A stretch of 64,000 nucleotides of DNA, from the NCBI GenBank assembly GCA_037440905.1, contig JBBITE010000011.1, positions 10,037 to 74,036 on the forward strand, written 5' to 3'. Below, piece after piece: positions 56,068 to 64,000 of this stretch (position 1 is the stretch's first letter; every line of letters starts with the position of its first letter). Position numbers and translations under genes: made by a program. The notes beneath the pieces were generated by a model. That model was not told the DNA's origin. It saw only the letters and a program-made list of their open reading frames with translations, and did no database searches. The stretch is from Anaerolineae bacterium (GTDB lineage Bacteria; Chloroflexota; Anaerolineae; Anaerolineales; Villigracilaceae).

Positions 56068-57644
56068 TGGGAGGCCTCATGGCAGGAAAATTGCTGGTTC
56101 TGGCGGGAACGATCCTCAGCGTACTGTTGTCCGTTTGGGGAACGCGCCGCGCCTCTGCAAAAGTCCATGCGCTGATTCTCAATCTCTTTGCCGCTTATGC
56201 GCTGGTGTGGATTGGCTTTACCGTTTACCTGTGGTTCAATCACATCCATTTTCCTTTGAACCTCGAGGCGATGGAACTGCTCATGCTTCAGCACCTGCGC
56301 CGGCTGATGGCTGGGCTTCCAATTTACGTCGAACCCTCTCCCGATTTTGTTCCCCTTGTTTACGCGCCGCTCTATTATTATCTTTCGGTGCCTTTTGCCT
56401 GGTTGTTTGGCGCCAACCTGTTCAGCATGCGGCTGGTTGCCATTCTGGGAATGCTGGGGGCGGGCGTGGTTCTCTTCCTGGCGGTGAAAAAGCGCACCGC
56501 CTCCACGTGGTGGGCGCTCATTGCGGCGGGCCTCTTTGCCGCATCCTACCGCGCCATGGATACCTACCTCGATAACGCGCATTCCGACTCATGGTTGTTA
56601 TTCACCGTTTTGCTGAGCTGTTATCTGATTGACCTGAACCGCTCGCGCACCACCAACCTGCTGGGAGTGTTTTTTCTGGTCGTTTCCTTTTGGTTCAAAC
56701 AGCACGGCGCCCTGTTTGCCGTGGGCGGAGTGTTGTACCTCACCTGGCGGGAGGGCATCAAACACTCGTGGGCTTATTGGGCGCTGGCGGCGCTGCTCGG
56801 CCCGCTGCTGTATGCCCTGGCGCCCTCGCTGATGTTTGGACCTCAGTTTCATTACTACACCCTCATTGTTCCCAGCCAGTGGAGCGCGGTCAATTTGGCC
56901 GGCATCAAACGTTACATCGGGTATGCCGTCAAGAACTATTTTGTGCTTGCCTCCGCAGGCACAACGGCTGCGCTCGTTTCCCTGTTGCGCAAGTGGAAGG
57001 AAGCGGGCATTTGGTATTTCATGTTTCCCTTTGCGGCGCTGAGCGGCTTTCTTGGAGCAATGGATGACGGCTCCAACAACAACATTTTCATCCCCGTTGC
57101 CACCTGGTTCATCCTCGCGGGCGTTTTGGGGCTGCAATATGCCGCTGAACATTTTCCCTGGGTCAAAAGGTGGGCGCTGCATCTTCTGGCTGTGGGAGCC
57201 TCATTTGCCCTGCTTTTCTATAACCCTGCCACCGTCCTTGTCTCCCCCAGAGCGCCGCAAGCCTATCAGGACTTTCTTCAATACCTGAATTCTTTGAACG
57301 GACAAGTCTATGCTCCCTGGATCGGCCCTCTGCAGGATGGATACGATTTCCAGCCTGCCGTCCATTGGGTGCCAATGGAAGACCTGATTCGCGGTCCTGG
57401 TGTGGATGAATACAATCATCCCACCACACGCAAACTGCTCGAAGCCGTCCTTCATCCCGCTGGCCCCGCTTATATTTTGATGAACTACCCCCTCGAAAAC
57501 GATGCGCTCTTGAGTTTTCTTCTGGAAGACTATCGCCTCAAAGAAGACCTGGGGGAACGCTTCGCGCCTCTTTCCACGCTGCCGAGACGCTTCGACTTGC
57601 AATACCCCCGCTACCTCTATGAATACGTTCCCCCTCAACCCTAA
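56067..57644 (+). CDS. GT-C-like multi-pass membrane protein
   Basis: About 12 TMs; LEAME, YAPLYY, AHSDSW, FKQHG; alternative start 56079. Confidence 0.7.
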   Translation: MGGLMAGKLLVLAGTILSVLLSVWGTRRASAKVHALILNLFAAYALVWIGFTVYLWFNHIHFPLNLEAMELLMLQHLRRLMAGLPIYVEPSPDFVPLVYAPLYYYLSVPFAWLFGANLFSMRLVAILGMLGAGVVLFLAVKKRTASTWWALIAAGLFAASYRAMDTYLDNAHSDSWLLFTVLLSCYLIDLNRSRTTNLLGVFFLVVSFWFKQHGALFAVGGVLYLTWREGIKHSWAYWALAALLGPLLYALAPSLMFGPQFHYYTLIVPSQWSAVNLAGIKRYIGYAVKNYFVLASAGTTAALVSLLRKWKEAGIWYFMFPFAALSGFLGAMDDGSNNNIFIPVATWFILAGVLGLQYAAEHFPWVKRWALHLLAVGASFALLFYNPATVLVSPRAPQAYQDFLQYLNSLNGQVYAPWIGPLQDGYDFQPAVHWVPMEDLIRGPGVDEYNHPTTRKLLEAVLHPAGPAYILMNYPLENDALLSFLLEDYRLKEDLGERFAPLSTLPRRFDLQYPRYLYEYVPPQP

Positions 57645-57659
57645 CCGCATCGAGCTTAC

Positions 57660-60524
57660 ATGACCCGCCACCATTCCCACCTCACCCTCAACAGCGAATA
57701 CGGCAGGAACCGCGCCGGCGATGGGCGCAACCTCTCCCTCACCCGCCGCGAATTCCTGCAAACCGGCATGGTCCTCCTCAGCGGCGCCGTCTTGCCGCGT
57801 TTCCTTGCCGACCTGAGCGCCGGCGGTTTGGCGCAGGAATTCAGCGGCAAACGCATTTACATCGCCCCCGATGATCACACCGACCTCTTCTGGTCTGCCG
57901 ACCTGCCCGCCTACGAGCAGGCTTTCCTCGACATGCTCGACTACTACCTCGACCTGGCAGACCGCACACAAAACGAACCGCCCGAATTCCAAAGCCGCTG
58001 GAACTGTGATGGCAGTTTTTGGGTGTGGGTGTACGAGAAGAAAAAATCACCGGCAGCGTTCAACCGCCTCATCGAACGCATCCGCAGCGGACACATCAGC
58101 ATGCCCCTCAACGCCCTGTGCATCTGCCTGGGCGGTGCGCCTGCCGAGGCGGTTCTGCGCGGCATGTATTACCCCGGCAAACTGGAGCGGCGCTACAACC
58201 TGCGCTTCCCCATCGCCTACTCCATGGAAAACCAGACCCTGCCCTTCGGCTTGGGCGCACTGTGGGCGGGCGCCGGCGCAACCTTTAGTTGGAAGGGCAT
58301 TTGCGATTGCGCCACCAAAGTCCCCGATGCCTGGGACCGCGAACACGACATCTACTGGTGGGCGGGCGCCGATGGCAGCCGCCTGCTTATGAAATGGAAC
58401 TCCATGCTCACCGGCAACCAGGGCATGGGCGGTTACGCCGAGGCGCGCTATCCCGACCAGGTGGTCAACTACGTAGATTCCGACGAGGCGTTCAAAGCCC
58501 GTTACCCCTACCAGGTCATTGGCGCTTTTGGTCATGGCTGGGACGACCTGCAAACCCAAACCGACGAATTTGTCACCACAGCCAAGAACCTCTCCAATCA
58601 AAACTTCAAAGTCATCGTCTCCAACGAAATAGACTTTGCCCACGACTTCGAAAAAACCTACGGAAGCGACATCCCCTCCCTCTCCGCCAGTTTCGGCAAC
58701 GAATGGGACCTCGACTGCGCCAGCCTGGCGGAAGTCTCGGCGCGCATCAAACGCGCGGTGGAAAAACTGCGCACCGCCGAAAGCCTGGCAGCGCTGGTCT
58801 CGCTCAAACAAAACGACTTCATGCGCGGCCGTGAAGAAGCGCGCGACCAGGCATGGATGAACCTGGGGCTGTATTGGGAACACAACTTTCAAGGCGCCCC
58901 CTGGGAAAACCACGTTCAAAACAGCATCGCATGGCATCGCCGCATCACGGGCGAAGTCGAAGCCTACGTCAACACCCTGCACGACGACGCCCTGCGCGTC
59001 CTCGGCGGCATGATTCACAAAAGCGGCGCGAACGAGCGCTTCTTCGTCTTCAACCCGCTGGGCTGGGCGCGCACCGATTATGCCGATTACCCCTACGACG
59101 GCGCCGAACCCGTCCACGTTGTCAGCGTGGATGAGGAACGGGAAACGCCGAGCCAGGTCATCGTCAAAGACGGGAAGCGTTGGCTGCGCATCCTGGCGGA
59201 GAACATCCCCTCGGTCGGGTATAAAGTCTTCGAGATTCGCCCCGGCGCCGGTCAGCCGTTCTCCAGCGAGATGAACGTCCGCGCGGGCGTGATCGAAAAC
59301 CGCTTCTACAAAGTGACGGTGGATGGACGCGGCGCGGTGACCAGCCTGATTGACAAGACGCGCGGCCGCCGCGAACTGGCGGCGGAAATCAACGGACGCT
59401 TCATCAATGACCTGGGGCCGGGCGCCGGCAATTTGACCTTGGAAAACGCTGGCAGCGTCTCTGCCACCCTGCTCGCCTCAGCCGAGTCTCCGCTCGCCCA
59501 TGAGACGCGCATCACTCTGTTTCGGGATATAGACCGCATCGAAATCCGCAACGACATCATCCAGAATTTCAATGCCACCAGCACCTGGGGCTTTGGCTTT
59601 GCAGTGCAGAACCCGGTGGTGCATCACGAAGAGGTGGGCGCGATTCTGCGGGCGCGGCTCACCACCGAAGGCGGACATTACTCGCCGCGCAACGCCCGCT
59701 ACGACTGGCTCACCCTCAACCATTTTGCCGATCTCAGCGGCGAAGCGGGCGGAGTGACCCTTTCCAACGCCGATTGCTATTTCATGAAAGTGGGGAACAG
59801 CACGGTGGGCGAATTGGATACCTCCACGCCGCAACTCTCCGTGCTGATTGGCGGCAACGACCTGAACGGCGGCGGCGTGCTGGGCGACCAGGGCGGAGAC
59901 GAGCGTTTCCTGCAGCGCTTTGCCCTGCGCGCCCACGAAGCCTATAGCCCTGTGGCGGCGATGAAGTTCGCCCTCGAACATCAAAACCCGCTTGCAACGG
60001 GAAACGTGCAAGGCGGAAGTGAGTATCCCGAAGGCGCATATTCGCTGCTGACAGTGGATAACCCCAACGTTCTTCTCTGGGCATTGAAGCCCGCAGAAGA
60101 GGGGCTCGAAGCCGGGCTGGTTGTTCGGGTGTGGAAGGTTTCCGAAGGCGCCGAAAGCCTGTCGGTATCGCTCGAGGGCGGAATCGCCGAAGCGCTGGCG
60201 CTGACGCACATCGAAACTCCCGCGGCGATTGCTGCTGTGGAGGAGGGCAGGCTGGTGGATGTCATCCAACCGCAGCAAATGAAGACGTATGCCGTCTTCC
60301 CGTCTGCCCTGCCGTTTCGTCCCGATACCAGCGGGCTGGAGCGCGTCACCGCCACGCCGCCGGCGGCCACCTCCCTCCCGCCTGCCGATACCACAACTCC
60401 TCCCCCTGCCTCTGTAACGAACACCCCGCCACCCCCGTCATTTACACAGACGGCAGAACCCGCCGAACCAGGCGGCAAAGGATGTTTGTTTGGATTGTTG
60501 TCCATATTGGGCTTGCTGAAATAA
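57660..60524 (+). CDS. Tat-exported GH38 (alpha-mannosidase)-like glycoside hydrolase with Pro/Thr linker and Cys-containing hydrophobic tail
   Basis: LTRREFLQ Tat motif; DDHTDLFW and RWNCDGSF N-terminal metal/catalytic-type motifs; VFNPLGWAR, IENRFYKV, GAVTSLIDK GH38 C-terminal-like motifs; ends GGKGCLFGLLSILGLLK. Confidence 0.75.
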   Translation: MTRHHSHLTLNSEYGRNRAGDGRNLSLTRREFLQTGMVLLSGAVLPRFLADLSAGGLAQEFSGKRIYIAPDDHTDLFWSADLPAYEQAFLDMLDYYLDLADRTQNEPPEFQSRWNCDGSFWVWVYEKKKSPAAFNRLIERIRSGHISMPLNALCICLGGAPAEAVLRGMYYPGKLERRYNLRFPIAYSMENQTLPFGLGALWAGAGATFSWKGICDCATKVPDAWDREHDIYWWAGADGSRLLMKWNSMLTGNQGMGGYAEARYPDQVVNYVDSDEAFKARYPYQVIGAFGHGWDDLQTQTDEFVTTAKNLSNQNFKVIVSNEIDFAHDFEKTYGSDIPSLSASFGNEWDLDCASLAEVSARIKRAVEKLRTAESLAALVSLKQNDFMRGREEARDQAWMNLGLYWEHNFQGAPWENHVQNSIAWHRRITGEVEAYVNTLHDDALRVLGGMIHKSGANERFFVFNPLGWARTDYADYPYDGAEPVHVVSVDEERETPSQVIVKDGKRWLRILAENIPSVGYKVFEIRPGAGQPFSSEMNVRAGVIENRFYKVTVDGRGAVTSLIDKTRGRRELAAEINGRFINDLGPGAGNLTLENAGSVSATLLASAESPLAHETRITLFRDIDRIEIRNDIIQNFNATSTWGFGFAVQNPVVHHEEVGAILRARLTTEGGHYSPRNARYDWLTLNHFADLSGEAGGVTLSNADCYFMKVGNSTVGELDTSTPQLSVLIGGNDLNGGGVLGDQGGDERFLQRFALRAHEAYSPVAAMKFALEHQNPLATGNVQGGSEYPEGAYSLLTVDNPNVLLWALKPAEEGLEAGLVVRVWKVSEGAESLSVSLEGGIAEALALTHIETPAAIAAVEEGRLVDVIQPQQMKTYAVFPSALPFRPDTSGLERVTATPPAATSLPPADTTTPPPASVTNTPPPPSFTQTAEPAEPGGKGCLFGLLSILGLLK

Positions 60525-60702
60525 CGGCTGTAACGGATGGTATTCCGCAAAAAGTGACTTTAGCCACTTGAAGCGGGTACTTATAGCCGCTACGATAATC
60601 ACAGTACAGCGTGCTACGGCGCTTCGATTGTTGCAGGGAATTCAAAGAACGTTTCAAACGCTCCCACACCGTTTACGCAGGGAAACAGAAAGGAAGATAC
60701 TC

Positions 60703-61686
60703 ATGGATCAGGTCAGAATTGGAGTCATCGGTACCGGCAGGATGGGTCAGAGCCACTGCCGCGTGTATTCGAATTTGAGGCACGCGAAATTCATCGGAAT
60801 TTGCGATTCCAACCCAGAAGTGGGCAAGGAGATGGCGCGCCGTCACGAGGTCTCGTTTTTCAGAGAGGTGGACGCCCTGCTCGAAAACGTGGACGCCGTC
60901 AGCGTTTGCACCCCCACGCCCTATCACTATGAAATCGTCAAGCGCTGCCTCGATGCGGGAGTCCATGTGTTGGTGGAGAAGCCGTTCACCGAAACGCTGG
61001 AGCAGGCTGAGGCGTTGAAAGACGCGGCATCCAAAGGCGGGGCAATCGTGCAGGTGGGGCATATCGAAAAATTCAACCCCGCCTTCATCGAATTGCGGAA
61101 AGTGCTGGAAGGCATGGACGTGCTGGCGATGAACTTCAACCGCCTGAGTCCCTTCCAGGGCAGCAACGTGGACGTGGACGTGGTCCTCGACCTGATGATC
61201 CACGACATCGGTCTGGTGGTGGACCTGTTCGAGAACGAGCCGCTCTCGGTGGATGCGCACGGCTTTGCCGTCTTCACCGACAGCATTGACTACGGCATGG
61301 CGGTCTTGAAATATGCGCCCGAAATTTTGCTCACCCTCACCGCCTCGCGCGTGACCGAACAAAAGATTCGCGCCATTTCCGTCACCACGCGCGAGGCTTA
61401 CATCGAGGCAGACTTGCTGCACAAGACCATCGAAGTGCACCGCCGCACTCTGGGCGATTACGTCAACTATAAGAATAGTCACAAATACCGCCAGGAAAGC
61501 CTGATCGAGCGCATTGTCGTCCCCACGATGGAACCGCTGTTCCTCGAACTGCAGGATTTCGTCACCTGCGTTGCCGAAGGCAAGACCCCCCAGGTCACCG
61601 CGGCAGATGGCTACAACGCCCTGCGCTTCGTCCTGCTCCTGCGCGACAAAATTTTAGAATCCCGAAGGATGCAAAGTCAAGCATGA
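60703..61686 (+). CDS. Gfo/Idh/MocA oxidoreductase (WbpB/WlbA-like)
   Basis: GVIGTGRMG, CTPTPYH, VLVEKP, VGHIEKFNP, DLMIHDI; AAGGA RBS before ATG 60703. Confidence 0.85.
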   Translation: MDQVRIGVIGTGRMGQSHCRVYSNLRHAKFIGICDSNPEVGKEMARRHEVSFFREVDALLENVDAVSVCTPTPYHYEIVKRCLDAGVHVLVEKPFTETLEQAEALKDAASKGGAIVQVGHIEKFNPAFIELRKVLEGMDVLAMNFNRLSPFQGSNVDVDVVLDLMIHDIGLVVDLFENEPLSVDAHGFAVFTDSIDYGMAVLKYAPEILLTLTASRVTEQKIRAISVTTREAYIEADLLHKTIEVHRRTLGDYVNYKNSHKYRQESLIERIVVPTMEPLFLELQDFVTCVAEGKTPQVTAADGYNALRFVLLLRDKILESRRMQSQA

Positions 61687-62447
61687 AACTTTCGATTGTC
61701 GTACCCTGCTTTAATGAAGAGGATAATATCGAGAAACTGAAGAACGAATTCTTTCCGGTGGTCGAAAGCCTGCTGGGAAGAGCGGTGGACGGCAAAGCCA
61801 TTGACGCCATCGAAATCATCTTCGTAGATGATGGCAGCCGTGACGGCACCTACAACGCCCTCAAGCAAGCCTTTGGCGCGTATGCGCATCCGTCCATCGA
61901 GGTCAAGTTCGAAAAGCACGAAGTCAATCGCGGGCTGGGCGCAGCCATCCGCACCGGCTTCAAAGCGGTAAGCGGCGACGTTATCGTCACCACCGACAGC
62001 GACGGCACGTATCACTTCTCCACCATCCCCGCCATGCTCGAACACCTCAAAGGCGATGTCGCCATCGTCACCGCCTCGCCCTACCACCCCAAAGGGGAGG
62101 TGGTGGGCGTGCCGGGCTACCGCATCTTTCTCAGCCGCGGCTCGTCTCTGCTCTACCGCATTTTGCTCAGTTGGAAGGTGCACACCTACACCGCCCTCTA
62201 CCGCGCCTACCGCCGCGAAGTGATCGAGCGCATCTCTTTCTCCGCCGATGACTTCCTGGGCGGTACGGAACTCATGGTCAAAGCCATGCTCAAAGGCTAC
62301 CGTGTGGACGAATTTCCCGCCGCGCTGCACCGCCGCATGTTCGGCGTTTCCAAAGCCAAACTGCTCAAAACCATCAAATCGCATCTTGGCTTTCAGCTGC
62401 GGCTGATTTTGCACCGCCTGCGCCTCCGCTCCATGTTTGCAGACTGA
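61683..62447 (+). CDS. GT2 polyprenol-phosphate glycosyltransferase (DPM1-like, soluble)
   Basis: VVPCFNEE, VDDGSRD, NRGLGAAIRTG, TDSDGTY, RMFGVSK. Confidence 0.88.
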   Translation: MKLSIVVPCFNEEDNIEKLKNEFFPVVESLLGRAVDGKAIDAIEIIFVDDGSRDGTYNALKQAFGAYAHPSIEVKFEKHEVNRGLGAAIRTGFKAVSGDVIVTTDSDGTYHFSTIPAMLEHLKGDVAIVTASPYHPKGEVVGVPGYRIFLSRGSSLLYRILLSWKVHTYTALYRAYRREVIERISFSADDFLGGTELMVKAMLKGYRVDEFPAALHRRMFGVSKAKLLKTIKSHLGFQLRLILHRLRLRSMFAD

Positions 62448-62457
62448 CCGAACTCAC

Positions 62458-62481
62458 GCAGGACACCGTTCCTGCTTTTTT
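62458..62481 (+). terminator. intrinsic terminator inside the operon
   Basis: GCAGGA-CACCGT-TCCTGC hairpin followed by TTTTTT, 17 nt before the next ATG. Confidence 0.65.
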
Positions 62482-62498
62482 ATGAAAGGAAATCTACT

Positions 62499-63104
62499 AT
62501 GGGTGTAAGAATTCATCCTACTGCCGAAGTGTCAGACAAGGCAAAAATCGGGGAGGGCTCGAGCATCTGGCATCATGCCCAGGTGCGCGAAAATGCCGTC
62601 ATCGGCGAAAACTGCATCATCGGCAAAGGCGTCTATGTAGATGCGGGGGTTGTCATCGGCAACAACGTCAAAATCCAAAACTACGTTTCCGTCTATCACG
62701 GGCTGACCATCGAAGACGGCGTCTTTGTCGGACCTCACGTCTGTTTCACCAACGACATGCGTCCCCGCGCCGTCAACCCCGACGGTTCGCTCAAAGCCGC
62801 CGACGACTGGGTGCTGAGCGAAACACGCATCAAGCGCGGCGCGGCGCTGGGCGCCAACTCCACCATCCGCTGCGGCATCACCATCGGCGAGTGGGCCATG
62901 GTTGGCTCCGGCAGCGTCGTCACCAAAGACGTGCCCGCCTATGGCCTGGTGTATGGCAACCCGGCGCGCCTGCATGGGTTTGTCTGTGCCTGCGGCGAAA
63001 TCACCGCAAAGGTTTCGCAAAACGAACAGGCAGTCACCGTCCAATGCCCAAAGTGCAAACGTACAATGGACATTTCCATTCAAGATTGGGAGAAACTACA
63101 ATGA
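62499..63104 (+). CDS. N-acetyltransferase, left-handed beta-helix (WbpD/WlbB-like)
   Basis: [37 protein letters not shown]-terminal CxC..CxxC. Confidence 0.88.
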   Translation: MGVRIHPTAEVSDKAKIGEGSSIWHHAQVRENAVIGENCIIGKGVYVDAGVVIGNNVKIQNYVSVYHGLTIEDGVFVGPHVCFTNDMRPRAVNPDGSLKAADDWVLSETRIKRGAALGANSTIRCGITIGEWAMVGSGSVVTKDVPAYGLVYGNPARLHGFVCACGEITAKVSQNEQAVTVQCPKCKRTMDISIQDWEKLQ

Positions 63105-64000
63105 TTCACATGGCAAAACCCCAAATTGGGGCAGAAGAAAAACAAGCCGTTTTGGAAGTGTTGGAGTCCGGCATCATTGCCCAGGGTCCGCGCGTCAAAG
63201 CCTTCGAGGAAGGCTTCGCCCAAATGTGCGGCGTCAACCATGCCGTTGCCACCTCGTCCGGCACCACGGCGCTGCATGTGGCGCTGCTGGCGCACGGCAT
63301 CGGCAACGGAGACGAAGTCATCACCTCCGCCTTCACCTTCATCGCCTCTGCCAACAGCGTTTTATACGCCGGCGCCAAACCGGTCTTTGTGGATATTGAC
63401 CCGCGCACCTTCAACCTGGACCCCAGCCAGATCGAAGCCGCCATCACGCCTCGGACCAAAGCCATTCTCCCGGTTCATCTCTACGGCTTAGCCTGCGATA
63501 TGGACCCGATCCTCAGCCTCGCCGAAAAATACGGGCTGATCGTCATTGAAGACGCCTGCCAGAGCCATGGCGCAACCTACAAAGGGAAAAAGGTCGGCTC
63601 TTTTGGCACCGGCACCTTTTCGCTGTACCCCACCAAAAACATGACCTCCGGCGAGGGCGGCATGATCACCACGAACGATGCGGCGATTGACGAAAAGTGC
63701 CGTGTGATTCGCCAGCATGGTATGCGCGTCCGCTACTATCACGATGAACTCGGCTTCAACTTCCGCATGACCGACATCCACGCCGCCATTGGTCTGGCGC
63801 AGCTGCACAAACTGGAACAGTTCAACGCCAAGCGCCAGGCAAACGCCCAATTCCTGAGCGAAAACCTCAAAGGCGTGGTGACGCCGTTCGTGCCGGAGGG
63901 GCAGACCCATGTCTTTCACCAGTACACCATCCGCGTCCCCGATGGGAAGCGTGACGCGTTGAGGAATCACTTGCAGGAAAGAGGCGTCGGCTCCGAAGTG
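63101..64000 (+). CDS. DegT/DnrJ/EryC1/StrS sugar aminotransferase (WbpE/WlbC-like), runs off window end
   Basis: Not in ORF track. [38 protein letters not shown] (PLP Lys)..GEGG..GFNFRM; ATG overlaps previous TGA. Confidence 0.92.
   Translation, partial: MIHMAKPQIGAEEKQAVLEVLESGIIAQGPRVKAFEEGFAQMCGVNHAVATSSGTTALHVALLAHGIGNGDEVITSAFTFIASANSVLYAGAKPVFVDIDPRTFNLDPSQIEAAITPRTKAILPVHLYGLACDMDPILSLAEKYGLIVIEDACQSHGATYKGKKVGSFGTGTFSLYPTKNMTSGEGGMITTNDAAIDEKCRVIRQHGMRVRYYHDELGFNFRMTDIHAAIGLAQLHKLEQFNAKRQANAQFLSENLKGVVTPFVPEGQTHVFHQYTIRVPDGKRDALRNHLQERGVGSEV

Overview
GC-rich (~60%) bacterial DNA, most likely an Anaerolineae-type Chloroflexota genome (inferred from protein style: Thr/Pro-rich linkers, C-terminal membrane anchors, DUF364, Tat substrates; not verified). 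The first 1.9 kb holds a PadR regulator with its coupled membrane-protein gene (minus strand), tRNA-Lys(CTT) and a DUF364 gene. From 1885 to the window end lies one very large, almost entirely plus-strand cell-surface glycan locus headed by a NusG-paralog antiterminator. It encodes an initiating phosphoglycosyl transferase, GDP-heptose-type enzymes (HddA/GmhA/GmhB, the last inverted), Wzt/Wzm ABC export, two Wzy_C/O-antigen-ligase-family proteins, 12 GT2/GT4 enzymes, three GT-C membrane glycosyltransferases, and WbpB/D/E-like diamino-uronate enzymes plus WecB. It also carries an unusually rich tailoring set: an HpnJ-like B12 radical SAM enzyme, two Cys-less asparagine-synthase-like ligases, an ATP-grasp enzyme, a sulfotransferase/alkaline-phosphatase-family module and two Thr-type sulfatase-fold membrane proteins. 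Co-encoded surface proteins include two Asp-box propellers, a Tat-exported deacetylase-like protein, a Tat-exported GH38-like hydrolase and a low-GC lipoprotein. My best hypothesis is a monoderm surface/protein glycosylation system that builds, exports, modifies and remodels heavily decorated glycans. Intergenic gaps carry several families of short palindromic repeats. No CRISPR array, rRNA, transposase or integrase was seen.
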